Shown: positions 60,801 to 64,000 of the stretch, piece by piece | Layout: each line of letters begins with the position of its first letter | How positions within the stretch are numbered: position 1 is the stretch's first letter | Assembly (NCBI GenBank): GCA_002269645.1 | Contig: NIVC01002054.1 | Coordinates: 144,879-208,878 of the forward strand | Direction of reading: 5' to 3' | DNA length: 64,000 nucleotides | From: Macrostomum lignano | Taxonomy: Eukaryota | Notes under the pieces: model-generated | The model's database searches: none | What the model saw: the letters and a program-made list of their open reading frames with translations, nothing else | Told to the model about the DNA's origin: nothing | Made by a program: the position numbers and the translations under genes

Positions 60801-61574
60801 GCATCGGCGGCGACCGTCGGGACCTTCAACAAAAGCACCCGATTGGCATCTCAGAGACGGCTGCGTTCCCAAAACTGAAATGGAAGAATCCTCTTCTGCA
60901 TGCAGCATTCAGTCAGTAGACATAATCAGTGAATGAAATGGACGATGGTGACCCTCTAGGCTGACCTGTAGACATACAGGCGACCTTCGGGACCTTCAAC
61001 AGTGCCACCACGCGGCCCCGACGAGCTGACACCGCCAGCATGGTGATTTTTATATCAAGGCATGTCATGTCTGCACATTATGCAATGGTCCTGCACCATG
61101 TTCAGCACTGGTACACTGGACGACCTTCGGGACATTCAACGGAGTGCCACCAAGAGGGCCAGACAAGCTGGCACCCCCACCATGCTGAACATAGTGCAGG
61201 ACCATTCTTCTAGTCTTTCTATTGTTAACTGTCTTGATAAACTTTCTTACTATCCCTGTGTGCTCTTTTGAATAATGTAGTCATTAGAGTTGTTCTAGTT
61301 GTCAGTTAATTTCCTTTTTATTTTTTTAATCAAACGTTTCCAAACACATAAGCATTTATTGTTATTGGTTACATCTCTTGGTTTAGTTGACTTGGCTTTA
61401 TCATTTCTTTGATTTATTATTTATTCCGAAAGATTTTGCTTGTAGGCTGTCAATGACGGTGGCTCCCAGTTTCTAAGATTTTTTAACGACGTTAAGGATT
61501 CTGTGTTGTAATTAACTAACGCGAGTTCATTTTTAAAGACTGATAACAGCTCCCTCAAAGAGTAGCTTGAATCC

Positions 61575-62720
61575 GCCGTCTGCAGATCCCCATTAACCCA
61601 TCTGCAGATCCCCATCATTCCATCTGCAGATCCCCACCATTCGATCTGCAGATCCCCACCATTCCATCTGCAGATCCCCACCACCATCTGCAGATCCCCA
61701 CAAACCCATCTGCAGATCCCCATTAACCCATCTGCAGATCCCCACCAACCCATCTGCAGATCCCCATTCATCTGCAGATCCCCACCATTCCATCTGCAGA
61801 TCCCCATTAACCCATCTGCAGATCCCACCAAACCCACCTGCAGATCCCACCAACCCATCTGCAGATCCCACCAACCCACCTGCAGATCCCCACCCATCTG
61901 CAGATCCCCACCATTCCATCTGCAGATCCCCACCAACCCATCTGCAGATCCCACCATTCCATCTGCAGATCCCCACCAACCCATCTGCAGATGCCCACCA
62001 TTCCATCTGCGGATCCCCACTAACCCATCTGCAGATCCCCACCAACCCATCTGCAGATCCCCACTAACCCATCTGCAGATCCCCACCATTCCATCTGCAG
62101 ATGCCCACCATCCCATCTGCAGATCCCCACCATTCCATCTGCAGATCCCCATTAACCCATCTGCAGATCCCCACCATTCCATCTGCAGATCCCCACCATT
62201 CCATCTGCAGATCCCCACAAACCCACCTGCAGATCCCCACCAACCCATCTGCAGATCCCCACCATTCCATCTGCAGATCCCCACCAACCCATCTGCAGAT
62301 GCCCACCATCCCATCTGCAGATCCCCACCATTCCATCTGCAGATCCCCATTAACCCATCTGCAGATCCCCACCATTCCATCTGCAGATCCCCACCATTCC
62401 ATCTGCAGATCCCCACAAACCCACCTGCAGATCCCCACCAACCCATCTGCAGATCCCCACCATTCCATCTGCAGATCCCCACCAACCATCTGCAGATGCC
62501 CACCATCCATCTGCAGATCCCCACCATTCCATCTGCAGATCCCCATTAACCCATCTGCAGATCCCCACCATTCCATCTGCAGATCCCCACCATTCCATCT
62601 GCAGATCCCCATTAACCCATCTGCAGATCGCCATTAAACCATCTGCAGATCCCCACATCCCATCTGCAGATCCCACCATCCTATCTTCAGATCCCCACCA
62701 TCCCGTCTGCAAATCCCCAA
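61575..62720. repeat. ~19-21-bp minisatellite (ccatctgcagatccccacca[tt/ac])n
   Basis: About 55 copies. Source of the GICRW/SADG pseudo-ORFs. Confidence 0.97.
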
Positions 62721-63091
62721 TTCCCCGACAAGGACAACTGAAGTTACGTTATTTAAGTTGTCGTTGTTCCCCGACCCTATCCATTCCATCTTTTATGAAA
62801 AAAACCTACATAGTGACTGAAATAGTTTATAAACACATATACCCATGACTGCTAATATAGTTAGTGAATATGTAATTATGTAAACTATTTTATATTGTCA
62901 TTAAGTTGACTTTAAAAGCATTACGATCTGATTTAGATATGATGCTCCCTCCTTTTTGACCACCTGGTAATTAAAAGCATTACCTTATTGCTTATAGTCT
63001 ACATATTAAATACGCATGAAAAAGTTTGTACTTTTTTATTTCCAGCATCAATAGCTGCAAATATTTTCATTCCTTCGATAATTTCAGAAAA

Positions 63092-63829
63092 ATGGCGGCT
63101 GCTGCAGCTTCTGAATCGTCTACCGGTACACCTGAACAAATAAAAGAACTGCGTAACTGGCATGGCAGTCAGAACAAAATGTTCGTGAACACCTCCGACG
63201 GGTGCATATACAATGTACAACATTTCGGATTCGAATTGGGAAAGAACTTACGCTATCGATTGGTTGGAAGCAATTTTGAAATTGAAAGAGAAGGCCATTT
63301 CTACATTGACTCATTTAAATGGGTAGACGTGCTAAAAGTATACCACTTCGATACAGAAGACCGAAACAAGCCAGCAGATCCAGCAAGACGAATAGCAGAG
63401 CATGATGAAAGTTTCGAAAAACTTAAAAACCGGGTTGCTAATCAGGAAGAAATCCCTCCTGTTAAACTATATCCTTCTACTGGCGAGCATTCGGACCAGT
63501 ATAGTCTAATTGATGGAAGGCACCGGATTGCTGCCGTTCACCATCACGGATATCAATTCATTTTAGCTCTAGTGGAGGACATTCCATCGACGGATATATC
63601 AGAGTATGATGACACTGTGTTGACTAAACAATATCAATTTTGGCTCGATTACTCATACGTGTGCTCAGTGGCGCTTACGATTGGTGAGGAAATTCTTAGA
63701 AAATGTAGGATATTAGGAAGGGATGTCGGAATTTTACCAAATGAAACAGAAGTAACTGTTAATGTGTGCAGTCGTAACTGCGAGAATAAGTTTCGCATTA
63801 AGTTGGCTCAAGCTGTGGATAATTTATGA
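63092..63829 (+). CDS. Intronless ParB/sulfiredoxin-fold (ParB N-terminal-like) domain protein, ~245 aa
   Basis: Non-repetitive open frame; the likely ATG is at 63092, just after a tttcag acceptor. FEKLKNRVANQEEIPPVKLY...YSLIDGRHRIAAVHHHGYQFILALV fits the ParB-N pattern (helix, PI.V, Y.LIDG.HR..A...G...I.A.V). Confidence 0.75.
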   Translation: MAAAAASESSTGTPEQIKELRNWHGSQNKMFVNTSDGCIYNVQHFGFELGKNLRYRLVGSNFEIEREGHFYIDSFKWVDVLKVYHFDTEDRNKPADPARRIAEHDESFEKLKNRVANQEEIPPVKLYPSTGEHSDQYSLIDGRHRIAAVHHHGYQFILALVEDIPSTDISEYDDTVLTKQYQFWLDYSYVCSVALTIGEEILRKCRILGRDVGILPNETEVTVNVCSRNCENKFRIKLAQAVDNL

Positions 63830-64000
63830 CCCGAAGAAAGCCGAAAAAATTCAAGTCTTCTTTGCGACGTGCAAAGGGTCTGCCTGGAAATTCAGCTGTG
63901 ATTCTGTTGAAGGAGTGGCTAATAATCTGGCTTACAATATATGCAAAAAAGTTTAACTTAAGGTTGTGTGGCAGGTGTAGCTGTGCTTAATGTTCTACCC

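Noticed and set aside
63830-63901. Selenocysteine or stop readthrough after the ParB-like TGA
   Set aside because: Only 23 further codons follow, no SECIS was recognised, and the +1 frameshift explanation fits better.

Overview
This is animal (eukaryotic) genomic DNA: it has GT-AG introns, many simple and tandem repeats, and no prokaryotic operon structure. The extreme density of intronic tandem repeats and signs of spliced-leader trans-splicing resemble the flatworm Macrostomum, but that is inference only. Hand-spliced gene models, checked for reading phase: HPS5-like gene (- strand, 12 exons, 9211-22489, C-terminal RING-H2); UBA3 (-, 3 exons, no genomic ATG found); two tandem Zn-dependent MDR dehydrogenases (+); ESF1 (-, intronless); an STK32/YANK kinase (-, 7 exons); an F-box gene plus a pseudogenised paralogue (+); and an intronless ParB/Srx-fold gene (+). 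Almost every large intron, and much intergenic DNA, holds its own minisatellite or microsatellite array, and these produce most of the long ORFs in the track. Mobile DNA includes a decayed non-LTR retrotransposon, hAT-type MITEs, two CORE-type tRNA-SINEs, a mariner transposase remnant and two foldback/Mutator-like elements with modular inverted repeats. The most interesting leads are the ParB-like gene, the ATG-less UBA3 (possibly started by a leader-donated AUG), the foldback elements and patchy gene conversion between the dehydrogenases. All coordinates and identities were read by eye.
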